The position numbers and the translations under genes are program-made. Of a stretch of DNA of 64,000 bases, positions 26,001 to 38,309 are shown piece by piece. The number at the start of each line of letters is the position of its first letter. Within the stretch, counting starts at the first letter, position 1. This stretch comes from Macrostomum lignano (taxonomy: Eukaryota): assembly GCA_002269645.1 (NCBI GenBank), contig NIVC01001489.1, positions 1 to 64,000 of the forward strand, read 5' to 3'. The notes below the pieces were generated by a model, which worked only from the letters and a program-made list of their open reading frames with translations, did no database searches and was not told the DNA's origin.

Positions 26001-26408
26001 TTTTTGGTGTACTTTTAGGGATAGAGATGTTAATTGATGTACCTTTAGCGATACCCATTTTGATAGATAGGTGTACTAAAGGCATTACAAAGGTTTGTTG
26101 GTGTATTTTTAGGGGTTGGAGATGCTGATCAGTGAAGAGTATTTCAACCAACTAATATTGCATCTCTGCTTTATTATATCAAGATGGTCTGTTTGGACAC
26201 AGCGGCAGAGGCTGGCAAATCGGTCACAGCCTCTCGGGATGGCACCCTCAGAGTTTGGCAGGGCGCCAAACCTTTGTGCCGTTTTCAAACAGCCGGTGCC
26301 GCTAAACTGGTTCGACTGCTGGCGGGTTCGTCAGCCGCGGTTGTTCTGCTGCAGTCGGGACGGTTTGCCTCGTTCGGACTGGCCAGACGGCCGAGCGATG
26401 ATGAGTGA
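6738..26408 (+). CDS. NACHT and WD40 repeat protein, NWD1/NWD2-like (DUF4062-like N-terminus, NACHT, WD40); first coding exon not located
   Basis: Phase-consistent exons: 6738-6856, 7231-7625, 8138-8844, 9952-10549, 19201-19568, 20233-20694, 21421-22876, 23402-23837, 25039-25289, 25453-25734, 26184-26408 (~1765 codons). Motifs: N-terminal VVRICFVSAD..ELAEYCRRR..LIDLSSGV, Walker A GPPGVGKS, Walker B region GIFVAGLDRL, LAWLPAQLP, GISESEL, WD40 VLSPDSRHAI and VTASRDGTLRVW. A speculative first exon is 4002-4045. Confidence 0.85.
6900..7145. repeat. ~32-bp intronic minisatellite (ctaatccctttgatatgccgctaatccccat)
   Basis: Tandem copies in the first identified NWD intron. Confidence 0.9.
7655..8125. 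repeat. (CTAA/CTGA)n microsatellite
   Basis: Direct reading; it fills most of intron 7626-8137. Confidence 0.95.
8885..9835. repeat. 21-bp intronic minisatellite (aatcatgggattctgatcccc)
   Basis: Tandem copies; they explain the MIGDQNP ORFs. Confidence 0.95.
10693..18994. mobile_element. Foldback/MULE-like element carrying an ~8.1-kb satellite
   Basis: The ends are ~60-bp imperfect inverted repeats (10701-10760 vs 18933-18990). A 9-bp direct repeat CCCCCAAGG flanks them at 10684-10692 and 18995-19003. Confidence 0.65.
10740..18860. repeat. 16-bp satellite (atcacaaacccgaaat / ...gaact) with a 21-bp variant (...gaaatattgt)
   Basis: Continuous tandem array in NWD intron 10550-19200. Confidence 0.98.
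19585..20140. repeat. 32-bp intronic minisatellite (acacaaagtgtgtctgtgccttatgagctagg)
   Basis: Period 32 (19611 to 19643 and onward). Confidence 0.95.
20810..21300. repeat. 19-bp intronic minisatellite (cccttagctaccatagcaa)
   Basis: Tandem copies. Confidence 0.95.
22910..23250. repeat. ~14-bp intronic minisatellite (cccatagctcagat)
   Basis: Tandem copies. Confidence 0.9.
23975..24900. repeat. (CCATT)n-based satellite with caatcaattcaattgcaat variants
   Basis: Pentamer array inside intron 23838-25038. Confidence 0.95.
25765..26110. repeat. Degenerate ~35-bp intronic repeat (tgatgtacttttag..gatagagat)
   Basis: gtacttt recurs at roughly regular spacing. Confidence 0.6.
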
Positions 26409-26787
26409 AATGTTTCGAAATTGAACGTTTTCTTCCTGTGATTAAACGATTTTTTTAAAACTACTGTTCATTGAATTAAGTAGCAAGTGGCAAATATTAC
26501 TACATAGAAAAAAGAAACACCTGTGTTTTACCCTTTCTAAAGTAAGCGCCTTAAGTTTTTGAACTACCCAATATTTCTTAGAAATCAGCTTTGATTTTCT
26601 CCGCTGATTGTTTGTCCAATTTTTTTTCTCAATTTATTCATTTTTTCACTTTTATATGGCTAAAAGTAGATTTTATGGAGTTTTTAAATAAAAAATTGAC
26701 ACGCCTTCTGCAGATTCTTCTGGCACTACGAACGTATTTTCACATAACTTGAGTTAAAAGCCACAAGCCACTTATTGCACGCAATGT

Positions 26788-29700
26788 CTTTAGAATCGCC
26801 CTTAGACTGCATTTAGAATCGCCCTTAGACTCTTCAGAATCGCGTTCAGACTGCATTTAGAATCACCCTTAGACTGCATTTAGAATCGCCCTCAGACTGC
26901 ATTTAGAATCGTGGCAAACTGCATTTAAAATCGCCCCAAACTGCATTTAGAATCGCCCTTAGACTGCATTTAGAATCGCCCTTAGACTGCATTTAGAATC
27001 GCCCTCAGACTCTTCAGAATCGCCCTTAGACTGCATTTAGAATTGCCCTTAGACTCTTCAGAATCGCCCTTAGACTGCATTTAGAATCGCCCTTAGACTG
27101 AATTCAGAATCGCCCTTAGACTCTTCAGAATCGCGTTCAGACTGCATTTAGAATCGCCCTTAGACTGCATTTAGAATCGCCCTTAGACTGCATTTAGAAT
27201 CGCCCTCAGACTGCATTTAGAATCGCCCTTAGACTGCATTTAGAATCGCCCTCAGACTGCATTTAGAATCGCCCTTAGACTGCATTTAGAATCGCCCTTA
27301 GACTGCATTCAGAATCGCCCTTAGACTGCATTCAGAATCGCCCTTAGACTGAATTCAGAATCGCCCTTAGACTCTTCAGAATCGCGTTCAGACTGCATTT
27401 ACAATCGCCCTTAGACTGCATTTAGAATCGCCCTCAGACTGCATTTAGAATCGCCCTTAGACTGCATTTAGAATCGCCCTCAGACTGCATTTAGAATCGC
27501 CCTTAGACTCTTCAGAATCGCCCTTAGACTGCATTTAGAATCGCCCTTAGACTGCATTTAGAATCGCCCTCAGACTGCATTTAGAATCGCCCTTAGACTC
27601 TTCAGAATCGCCCTTAGACTGCATTTAGAATCGCCCTTAGACTGAATTCAGAATCGCCCTTAGACTCTTCAGAATCGCCCTTAGACTGAATTCAGAATCG
27701 CCCTTAGACTCTTCAGAATCGCGTTCAGACTGCATTTAGAATCGCCCTTAGACTGCATTTAGAATCGCCCTTAGACTGCATTTACAATCGCCCTTAGACT
27801 GCATTTAGAATCGCCCTCAGACTGCATTTAGAATCGCCCTTAGACTGCATTTAGAATCGCCCTTAGACTCTTCAGAATCGCGTTCAGACTGCATTTAGAA
27901 TCGCCCTTAGACTGCATTTAGAATCGCCCTTAGACTGCATTTAGAATCGCCCTCAGACTGCATTTAGAATCGCCCTTAGACTGCATTTAGAATCGCCCTT
28001 AGACTGCATTCAGAATCGCCCTCAGACTGCATTTAGAATCGCCCTTAGACTGCATTTACAATCGCCCTTAGACTGCATTTAGAATCGCCCTCAGACTGCA
28101 TTTAGAATCGCCCTTAGACTGCATTTAGAATCGCCCTTAGACTCTTCAGAATCGCGTTCAGACTGCATTTAGAATCGCCCTTAGACTGCATTTAGAATCG
28201 CCCTTAGACTGCATTTAGAATCGCCCTTAGACTGCATTCAGAATCGCCCTTAGACTCTTCAGAATCGCGTTCAGACTGCATTTAGAATCGCCCTTAGACT
28301 GCATTTAGAATCGCCCTTAGACTGCATTTAGAATCGCCCTCAGACTGCATTTAGAATCGCCCTTAGACTGCATTTAGAATCGCCCTTAGACTGCATTCAG
28401 AATCGCCCTTAGACTCTTCAGAATCGCGTTCAGACTGCATTTACAATCGCCCTTAGACTGCATTTAGAATCGCGTTCAGACTGCATTTAGAATCGCCCTT
28501 AGACTGCATTTAGAATCGCCCTTAGACTCTTCAGAATCGCGTTCAGACTGCATTTAGAATCGCCCTCAGACTGCATTTAGAATCGCCCTTAGACTGCATT
28601 TAGAATCGCCCTTAGACTGCATTCAGAATCGCCCTTAGACTGCATTTAGAATCGCCCTCAGACTGCATTTAGAATCGCCCTTAGACTGCATTTAGAATCG
28701 CCCTTAGACTCTTCAGAATCGCGTTCAGACTGCATTTACAATCGCCCTTAAACTGCATTTAGAATCGCGTTCAGACTGCATTTAGAATCGCCCTTAGACT
28801 GCATTTAGAATCGCCCTTAGACTGCATTTACAATCGCCCTTAGACTGCATTTAGAATCGCCCTCAGACTGCATTTAGAATCGCCCTTAGACTGCTTTAGA
28901 ATCGCCCTTAGACTCTTCAGAATCGCGTTCAGACTGCATTTAGAATCGCCCTTAGACTGCATTTAGAATCGCCCTTAGACTGCATTTAGAATCGCCCTCA
29001 GACTGCATTTAGAATCGCCCTTAGACTGCATTTAGAATCGCCCTTAGACTGCATTCAGAATCGCCCTCAGACTGCATTTAGAATCGCCCTTAGACTGCAT
29101 TTACAATCGCCCTTAGACTGCATTTAGAATCGCCCTCAGACTGCATTTAGAATCGCCCTTAGACTGCATTTAGAATCGCCCTTAGACTCTTCAGAATCGC
29201 GTTCAGACTGCATTTAGAATCGCCCTTAGACTGCATTTAGAATCGCCCTTAGACTGCATTTAGAATCGCCCTTAGACTGCATTCAGAATCGCCCTTAGAC
29301 TCTTCAGAATCGCGTTCAGACTGCATTTAGAATCGCCCTTAGACTGCATTTAGAATCGCCCTTAGACTGCATTTAGAATCGCCCTCAGACTGCATTTAGA
29401 ATCGCCCTTAGACTGCATTTAGAATCGCCCTTAGACTGCATTCAGAATCGCCCTTAGACTCTTCAGAATCGCGTTCAGACTGCATTTACAATCGCCCTTA
29501 GACTGCATTTAGAATCGCCCTCAGACTGCATTTAGAATCGCCCTTAGACTGCATTTAGAATCGCCCTTAGACTCTTCAGAATCGCGTTCAGACTGCATTT
29601 AGAATCGCCCTTAGACTGCATTTAGAATCGCCCTTAGACTGCATTTAGAATCGCCCTTAGACTGCATTTAGAATCGCCCTTAGACTGCATTTAGAATCGC

Positions 29701-32700
29701 CCTCAGACTGCATTTAGAATCGCCCTTAGACTGCTTTTAGAATCGCCCTTAGACTCTTCAGAATCGCCCTCAGACTGCATTTAGAATCGCCCTTAGACTG
29801 CATTTAGAATCGCCCTTAGACTGCATTTAGAATCGCCCTCAGACTGCATTTAGAATCGCCCTTAGACTGCATTTAGAATCGCCCTTAGACTGCATTCAGA
29901 ATCGCCCTCAGACTGCATTTAGAATCGCCCTTAGACTGCATTTACAATCGCCCTTAGACTGCATTTAGAATCGCCCTCAGACTGCATTTAGAATCGCCCT
30001 TAGACTGCATTTAGAATCGCCCTTAGACTCTTCAGAATCGCGTTCAGACTGCATTTAGAATCGCCCTTAGACTGCATTTAGAATCGCCTATAGACTGCAT
30101 TTAGAATCGCCCTTAGACTGCATTCAGAATCGCCCTTAGACTCTTCAGAATCGCGTTCAGACTGCATTTAGAATCGCCCTTAGACTGCATTTAGAATCGC
30201 CCTTAGACTGCATTTAGAATCGCCCTCAGACTGCATTTAGAATCGCCCTTAGACTGCATTTAGAATCGCCCTTAGACTGCATTCAGAATCGCCCTTAGAC
30301 TCTTCAGAATCGCGTTCAGACTGCATTTACAATCGCCCTTAGACTGCATTTAGAATCGCCCTCAGACTGCATTTAGAATCGCCCTTAGACTGCATTTAGA
30401 ATCGCCCTTAGACTCTTCAGAATCGCGTTCAGACTGCATTTAGAATCGCCCTTAGACTGCATTTAGAATCGCCCTTAGACTGCATTTAGAATCGCCCTTA
30501 GACTGCATTCAGAATCGCCCTTAGACTGCATTTAGAATCGCCCTCAGACTGCATTTAGAATCGCCCTTAGACTGCATTTAGAATCGCCCTTAGACTCTTC
30601 AGAATCGCGTTCAGACTGCATTTACAATCGCCCTTAGACTGCATTTAGAATCGCCCTCAGACTGCATTTAGAATCGCCCTTAGACTGCATTTAGAATCGC
30701 CCTTAGACTCTTCAGAATCGCGTTCAGACTGCATTTAGAATCGCCCTTAGACTGCATTTAGAATCGCCCTTAGACTGCATTTAGAATCGCCCTTAGACTG
30801 CATTTAGAATCGCCCTTAGACTGCATTTAGAATCGCCCTCAGACTGCATTTAGAATCGCCCTTAGACTGCATTTAGAATCGCCCTTAGACTGCATTTAGA
30901 ATCGCCCTCAGACTGCATTTAGAATCGCCCTTAGACTGCATTTAGAATCGCCCTCAGACTACATTTAGAATCCCCAACTGCATTTAGAATCGCCCTCAGA
31001 CTGCATTTAGAATCGCCCTCAGACTGCATTTAGAATCGCCCTTAGACTGCATTTAGAATCGCCCTCAGACTGCATTTAGAATCGTGGCAAACTGCATTTA
31101 AATCGCCTTAACTGCATTTAGAATCGCCCTTAGACTGCATTTAGAATCGTGACTGCATTTAGAATCGCCCTTAACTGCATTTAGAATCGCCCTCAGACTG
31201 CATTTAGAATCGCCCTTAGACTGCATTTAGAATCGCCCTTAGACTGCATTTAGAATTGCCCTCAGACTCTTCAGAATCGCCCTTAGACTGCATTTAGAAT
31301 CGCGTTCAGACTGCATTTAGAATCGCCCTTAGACTGCATTTAGAATCGCCCTTAGACTCTTCAGAATCGCGTTCAGACTGCATTTAGAATCGCCCTTAGA
31401 CTGCATTTAGAATCGCCCTTAGACTGCATTTAGAATCGCCCTTAGACTGCATTCAGAATCGCCCTTAGACTGCATTTAGAATCGCCCTCAGACTGCATTT
31501 AGAATCGCCCTTAGACTGCATTTAGAATCGCCCTTAGACTGCTTCAGAATCGCGTTCAGACTGCATTTAGAATCGCCCTTAGACTGCATTTAGAATCGCC
31601 CTTAGACTGCATTTAGAATCGCCCTTAGACTGCATTTAGAATCGCCCTTAGACTGCATTTAGAATCGCCCTTAGACTGCATTTAGAATCGCCCTCAGACT
31701 GCATTTAGAATCGCCCTTAGACTGCATTTAGAATCGCCCTTAGACTCTTCAGAATCGCGTTCAGACTGCATTTAGAATCGCCCTTAGACTGCATTTAGAA
31801 TCGCCCTTAGACTGCATTTAGAATCGCCCTCAGACTGCATTTAGAATCGCCCTTAGACTGCATTTAGAATCGCCCTTAGACTGCATTTAGAATCGCCCTC
31901 AGACTGCATTTAGAATCGCCCTTAGACTGCATTTAGAATCGCCCTTAGACTGCATTTAGAATCGCCCTCAGACTGCATTTAGAATCGCCCTTAGACTGCA
32001 TTTAGAATCGCCCTTAGACTCTTCAGAATCGCGTTCAGACTGCATTTAGAATCGCCCTTAGACTGCATTTAGAATCGCCCTTAGACTGCATTTAGAATCG
32101 CCCTTAGACTGCATTTAGAATCGCCCTTAGACTCTTCAGAATCGCGTTCAGACTGCATTTAGAATCGCCCTTAGACTGCATTTAGAATCGCCCTTAGACT
32201 GCATTTAGAATCGCCCTTAGACTGCATTTAGAATCGCCCTTAGACTGCATTTAGAATCGCCCTTAGACTGCATTTAGAATCGCCCTTAGACTGCTTCAGA
32301 ATCGCGTTCAGACTGCATTTAGAATCGCCCTTAGACTGCATTTAGAATCGCCCTCAGACTGCATTTAGAATCGCCCTTAGACTGCATTTAGAATCGCCCT
32401 TAGACTCTTTAGAATCGCGTTCAGACTGCATTTAGAATCGCCCTTAGACTGCATTTAGAATCGCCCTTAGACTGCATTTAGAATCGCCCTTAGACTGCAT
32501 TTAGAATCGCCCTTAGACTGCATTTAGAATCGCCCTCAGACTGCATTTAGAATCGCCCTTAGACTGCATTTAGAATCGCCCTTAGACTCTTCAGAATCGC
32601 GTTCAGACTGCATTTAGAATCGCCCTTAGACTGCATTTAGAATCGCCCTTAGACTGCATTTAGAATCGCCCTCAGACTGCATTTAGAATCGCCCTTAGAC

Positions 32701-34620
32701 TGCATTTAGAATCGCCCTTAGACTGCATTTAGAATCGCCCTCAGACTGCATTTAGAATCGCCCTTAGACTGCATTTACAATCGCCCTTAGACTGCATTTA
32801 GAATCGCCCTCAGACTGCATTTAGAATCGCCCTTAGACTGCATTTAGAATCGCCCTTAGACTCTTCAGAATCGCGTTCAGACTGCATTTAGAATCGCCCT
32901 TAGACTGCATTTAGAATCGCCTTAGACTGCATTTAGAATCGCCCTTAGACTGCATTTAGAATCGCCCTTAGACTCTTTAGAATCGCCCTTCAGACTGCAT
33001 TTAGAATCGCCCTTAGACTGCATTTAGAATCGCCCTTAGACTGCATTTAGAATCGCCCTTAGACTGCATTTAGAATCGCCCTTAGACTGCATTTAGAATC
33101 GCCCTTAGACTGCATTTAGAATCGCCCTTAGACTGCATTTAGAATCGCGTTCAGACTGCATTTAGAATCGCCCTTAGACTGCATTTAGAATCGCCCTCAG
33201 ACTGCATTTAGAATCGCCCTTAGACTGCATTTAGAATCGCCCTTAGACTCTTCAGAATCGCGTTCAGACTGCATTTAGAATCGCCCTTAGACTGCAGAAT
33301 CGCCCTTAGACTGCATTTAGAATCGCCCTTAGACTGCATTTAGAATCGCCCTTAGACTGCATTTAGAATCGCCCTTAGACTGCATTTAGAATCGCCCTTA
33401 GACTCTTCAGAATCGCGTTCAGACTGCATTTACAATCGCCCTTAGACTGCATTTAGAATCGCCCTCAGACTGCATTTAGAATCGCCCTTAGACTGCATTT
33501 AGAATCGCCCTTAGACTCTTCAGAATCGCGTTCAGACTGCATTTAGAATCGCCCTTAGACTGCATTTAGAATCGCCCTTAGACTGCATTTAGAATCGCCC
33601 TTAGACTGCATTTAGAATCGCCCTCAGACTGCATTTAGAATCGCCCTCAGACTGCATTTAGAATCGCCCTTAGACTGCATTTAGAATCGCCCTTAGACTG
33701 CATTTAGAATCGCCCTTAGACTGCATTTAGAATCGCCCTCAGACTACTTTTAGAATTGCCCCAAACTGCATTTAGAATCGCCCTCAGACTGCATTTAGAA
33801 TCGCCCTCAGACTGCATTTAGAATCGCCCTTAGACTGCATTTAGAATCGCCCTCAGACTGCATTTAGAATCGTGGCAAACTGCATTTAAAATCGCCTTAA
33901 ACTGCATTTAGAATCGCCCTTAGACTGCATTTAGAATCGTGGCAAACTGCATTTAAAATCGCCCCAAACTGCATTTAGAATCGCCCTCAGACTGCATTTA
34001 GAATCGCCCTTAGACTGCATTTAGAATCGCCCTTAGACTGCATTTAGAATTGCCCTCAGACTCTTCAGAATCGCCCTTAGACTGCATTTAGAATCGCCCT
34101 TAGACTGCATTTACAATCGCCCTTAGACTGCATTTAGAATCGCCCTCAGACTGCATTTAGAATCGCCCTTAGACTGCTTTTAGAATCGCCCTTAGACTCT
34201 TCAGAATCGCGTTCAGACTGCATTTAGAATCGCCCTTAGACTGCATTTAGAATCGCCCTTAGACTGCATTTAGAATCGCCCTCAGACTGCATTTAGAATC
34301 GCCCTTAGACTGCATTTAGAATCGCCCTTAGACTGCATTCAGAATCGCCCTCAGACTGCATTTAGAATCGCCCTTAGACTGCATTTACAATCGCCCTTAG
34401 ACTGCATTTAGAATCGCCCTCAGACTGCATTTAGAATCGCCCTTAGACTGCATTTAGAATCGCCCTTAGACTCTTCAGAATCGCGTTCAGACTGCATTTA
34501 GAATCGCCCTTAGACTGCATTTAGAATCGCCCTCAGACTACTTTTAGAATTGCCCCAAACTGCATTTAGAATCGCCCTCAGACTGCATATAGAATCGCCC
34601 TTAGACTCTTCTGAATCGCC
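26788..34620. repeat. 23-bp satellite (actgcatttagaatcgcccttag) with 21-bp variants (actcttcagaatcgcgttcag)
   Basis: ~7.8-kb continuous array; the ORF track shows no ORF across it apart from one starting in its last units at 34550. Confidence 0.98.
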
Positions 34621-34646
34621 CCGACACTGTCCGTCCCGCAGCCGTA

Positions 34647-37600
34647 ATGGGAGTCCGCGGCCTCAAGGGATACATCGAACGCAACGCTCAGAACCGCGGC
34701 GTCACCCAGCACAGACTGGCCAACTGTCGCTTAGTGATTGACGCCGCAAATTTTGTTCACTTTTTGTATAATTTTACCTACGATTACGGCGGAGAGTATG
34801 ACCTGTACGCTGACAGACTGCAGCGACTGTTTGATAAATTCCAGCTCTGCGGAATTCAGCCTCTGTTTGTGTTCGATGGCGCCAAGGTGCTGAAAACTTT
34901 TTTAGCTTCTTTTTCAATACAAAACATTGTTCTTCAAAAAAACGAACTGAGTTTCTACTCCAGGGCACCCACCCCTCTCCCCGCTACTGCCCAGCCTTAC
35001 GCTCACCCACCCCATTCCCCGCTGCTGCCCAGCTAGCCTTATCGCTCACCCACCCCACTCCCCGCTGCTGCCCAGCTAGCCTTATCGCTCACCCACCCCA
35101 CTCCCCGCTGCTGCCCAGCTAGCCTTATCGCTCGCCCACCCCACTCCCCACTCCTGTCCAGCCTTATCGCTCCCCACCTCACTCCCGCTCCTGTCCAGCC
35201 TTATCGCTCGCCCACCCACTCCCCGCTGCTGCCCAGCTAGCCTTATCGCTCACCCACCCCACTCCCCGCTGCTGCCCAGCTAGCCTTATCGCTCGCCCAC
35301 CCCACTCCCCACTCCTGTCCAGCCTTATCGCTCCCCCACCTCACTCCCCGCTCCTGTCCAGCCTTATCGCTCGCCCACCCCACTCCCCGCTGCTGCCCAG
35401 CTAGCCTTATCGCTCACCCACCCCACTCCCCGCTGCTGCCCAGCTAGCCTTATCGCTCGCCCACCCCACTCCCCACTCCTGCCCAGCTTTACGCTCACCC
35501 ACCCCATTCCCCGCTGCTGCCCAGCTAGCCTTATCGCTCACCCACCCCACTCCCCGCTGCTGCCCAGCTAGCCTTATCGCTCACCACCCCACTCCCCGCT
35601 GCTGCCCAGCTAGCCTTATCGCTCGCCCACCCCACTCCCCACTCCTGCCCAGCCTTACGCTCACCCACCCCATTCCCCGCTGCTGCCCAGCTAGCCTTAT
35701 CGCTCACCCACCCCACTCCCCGCTGCTGCCCAGCTAGCCTTATCGCTCACCCACCCCACTCCCCGCTGCTGCCCAGCTAGCCTTATCGCTCGCCCACCCC
35801 ACTCCCCACTCCTGTCCAGCCTTATCGCTCCCCCACCCCACTCCCCGCTCCTGTCCAGCCTTATCGCTCACCCACCCCACTCCCCGCTGCTACCCAACCT
35901 TATCGCTCGCCCACCCACTCCCCACGCGCAGGACTGGAAAGGCGGCAAGATCCGCCAGCAGCTGCGCCGCATGGCAGATCGCGCCGCCAGCTGCAAGCAG
36001 CTGCTGGAAACTGGCCGGCCCGATCCGCGCAATCGCTTGCTGCCGATTCTCACCTACGATGTGTTCGGTCAGGCTGCCGTCGATCGCGGCTTTCCCGTGG
36101 CCACCGTGCTCACTGGAGACGCTGACGAGCAGGTCCGGGCGATATGAGTATATGGATTTTATGTATCAGTAGTATAATGCGATTTTTTGCTTTTTTAAAA
36201 ATTTCAGTCCGCAACCCTTGCCGGCCGTTTGGGCTGCCCGCTGTTGACTGGGGACAGCGATTTCTTCCTGTACCCCCTGCCTGGCGGGGTCATCCCGTCC
36301 GACAGCCTGGACCTTTCGGACGAGGCACTGTCGTCAGGAGAGAGCTTCATGCGCTGCTGCATTTATCAGCAGGTGGGCGAGCTGCCGGCCGCTTTGAAGG
36401 GGAATGTAGAGATAAGGGAGTAGAGGGTGGCGTAGAGTGAGTGGGGTGAGGGAGTAGACGAAGTAGAGTGAATGAGTAGAGCGAGGCGAAACAGTGAGAG
36501 AGAAGAGTAAGTAGAGTGGGGAGTAGAGTATGGAAGTAGAGTGAGGGAGTAGAGTGAGGAGTAGAGTGAAGAGGAGAGTGAGGAGTAGAGTGAGGAGTAG
36601 AGTGAAGAGGAGAGTGAGGAGTAGAGTGAGGAGTAGAGTGAAGAGGAGAGTCAGGGAGTAGAGTGAGGAGTAGAGTGAGGAGTAGAGTGAAGAGGAGAGT
36701 GAGGAGTAGAGCGAGGAGTAGAGTGAAGAGGAGAGTGAGGAGTAGAGTGAAGAGGAGAGTGAGGAGTAGAGTATTGAAATAGAGTGAGGGGTAGAGAATG
36801 GAAGAGTGAGAGTGAGGGAGAGTGAGTGAGGGAGAGTGAACAGGTTACTAGGAGCAGCAAAAGCCAGATAATTCCGCAGCCAGAAGCAGAGTCTCGGAGC
36901 TGCCAAACCAATTTCGCACTTCAGTCGGCCTGCCGCCTGAAGCCGCTGAACAACCTGGCCCTCCGGCCGGAGCTCACAGCCCTGTGGGCGAGCCTGGCCG
37001 GCAATGACTACGTGTCCGAGAATGAGGCAGCCGAAGCTCGCCGAACTCTTGGCATCCGCGGCTACGACTGTCACGGAGCCATCACGGAGTCGATTCGCTG
37101 GACTCACCGGTTCGAACTGGCGGAGGAGTGTCTGGCCGAGCTGAGGCGGCGCCTGCAGCCGGAGCTCATGTCACGCTTTGACGCCTCGCTGCGCCACTAC
37201 CAGCTCAAACCGGAGCACGAAGCGCTCCGTCTGGGCGCCGACAGTGCTAAAATCGAATTCCCTGAGGCCGCGCCGGCGCCCCTGACCGACTCGCATCGGC
37301 GTCGGCGCAAGCTGGTGTTTTTCATCGACGCCCTGCTGTACCAGCGGGTGATCTTGCCAATCGGCATTGAGCATCCCAACCTGCCCGGCCTGTTCGAGTC
37401 CACCCGAGCTCTCCGCTCCATCGCCTACTCGCTTGAGAACTTTCGCACCGACAGTTCTGATCCCAGCAGCCAAGAGGACAATAAAGAGGATTCAAACAAG
37501 CTGCAGGTGATTGAGTACGTTCGCAGCGGCACCGAAGTTCTCCAGGTGCCAGTCAAGCTCTCGACGCGGCGTCATCGCTGCCCGTCAGCGGACTCGTGGC

Positions 37601-38247
37601 GATGCGCGCTGGAACACATAGACGCGTCCGAGGATGCCGACAAGCAGCTGACGGCGCTGCTGCCGGAGAAGTTGGCGGGCAGCCAGCGGCTGCGGCTCGC
37701 GCTGCACCTGCTGCGCCTGTCGCTGAACGGCGGTGATCGGCGGAGCCGCTGCGTCACCAGAGCGCTGCTGGCGCTGTGCCTGCTGCGACACGACGCCTCC
37801 AAGGACTCCGACAATGATGATGACAAGGAGGATGAGGGCCCGCCGAAGAAACGCGCCGGTTCGACCGTGGATTTCGACTGCTACGCCAGCCCGCGCATCG
37901 ACGGGGCTCAGGTCTCCTCTCATCAGCGCTCGAAGTCCGTCTATCTGGAGCTGCTGCATCAGTTCAACGCTTTCCAGGCTCACATTGTCTCGCTGATGCT
38001 CTTCCTGCAGGCGCACTCCAGTGCCGGGGAGGACGACCGCCTGCTGGACTGGCTGCCGCGGCTGCTGGCTGGCCGCTTCGTCTATCGGGTGGCCGCCGAC
38101 ATGCTGGACGGCCGGCTGGACTGGGACCGCTGCTTGGCCAGCCTGGCCGACCGCCTCCGAGCTCGGGGAGCCACCAGCCAGGGCCTGCAGCGGCTGGCCG
38201 ACTGGATCACCGCTGCTGGGGTGCCGGCCGCTGCTGCTGCTGACTGA
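34647..38247 (+). CDS. ASTE1: Protein asteroid homolog (XPG/FEN1-family nuclease)
   Basis: Exons 34647-34886, 35932-36132, 36208-36372, 36925-38247 (alternative in-frame acceptor at 36880); ~642 aa. Motifs: MGVRGLKGYI, LVIDAAN, YGGEYDLY, PLFVFDG, GDADEQ, CPLLTGDSDFF, ASLAGNDYV. Confidence 0.9.
34975..35920. repeat. ~39-43-bp C-rich minisatellite in ASTE1 intron 1
   Basis: cccagctagccttatcgctcacccaccccactccccgctgctg repeated. Confidence 0.9.
36420..36835. repeat. Purine-rich (gagtagagtgag) repeat in ASTE1 intron 3
   Basis: Direct reading. Confidence 0.9.
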
Positions 38248-38309
38248 GGCTGCGGAGTCTGAGTGTGCGAGACCAACTGCCTGATGATCACTGACCAGTC
38301 CCACCTGCT

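Noticed and set aside
26788-34620. CRISPR-like array (23-bp repeat)
   Set aside because: There are no unique spacers and no cas genes, and the context is eukaryotic.
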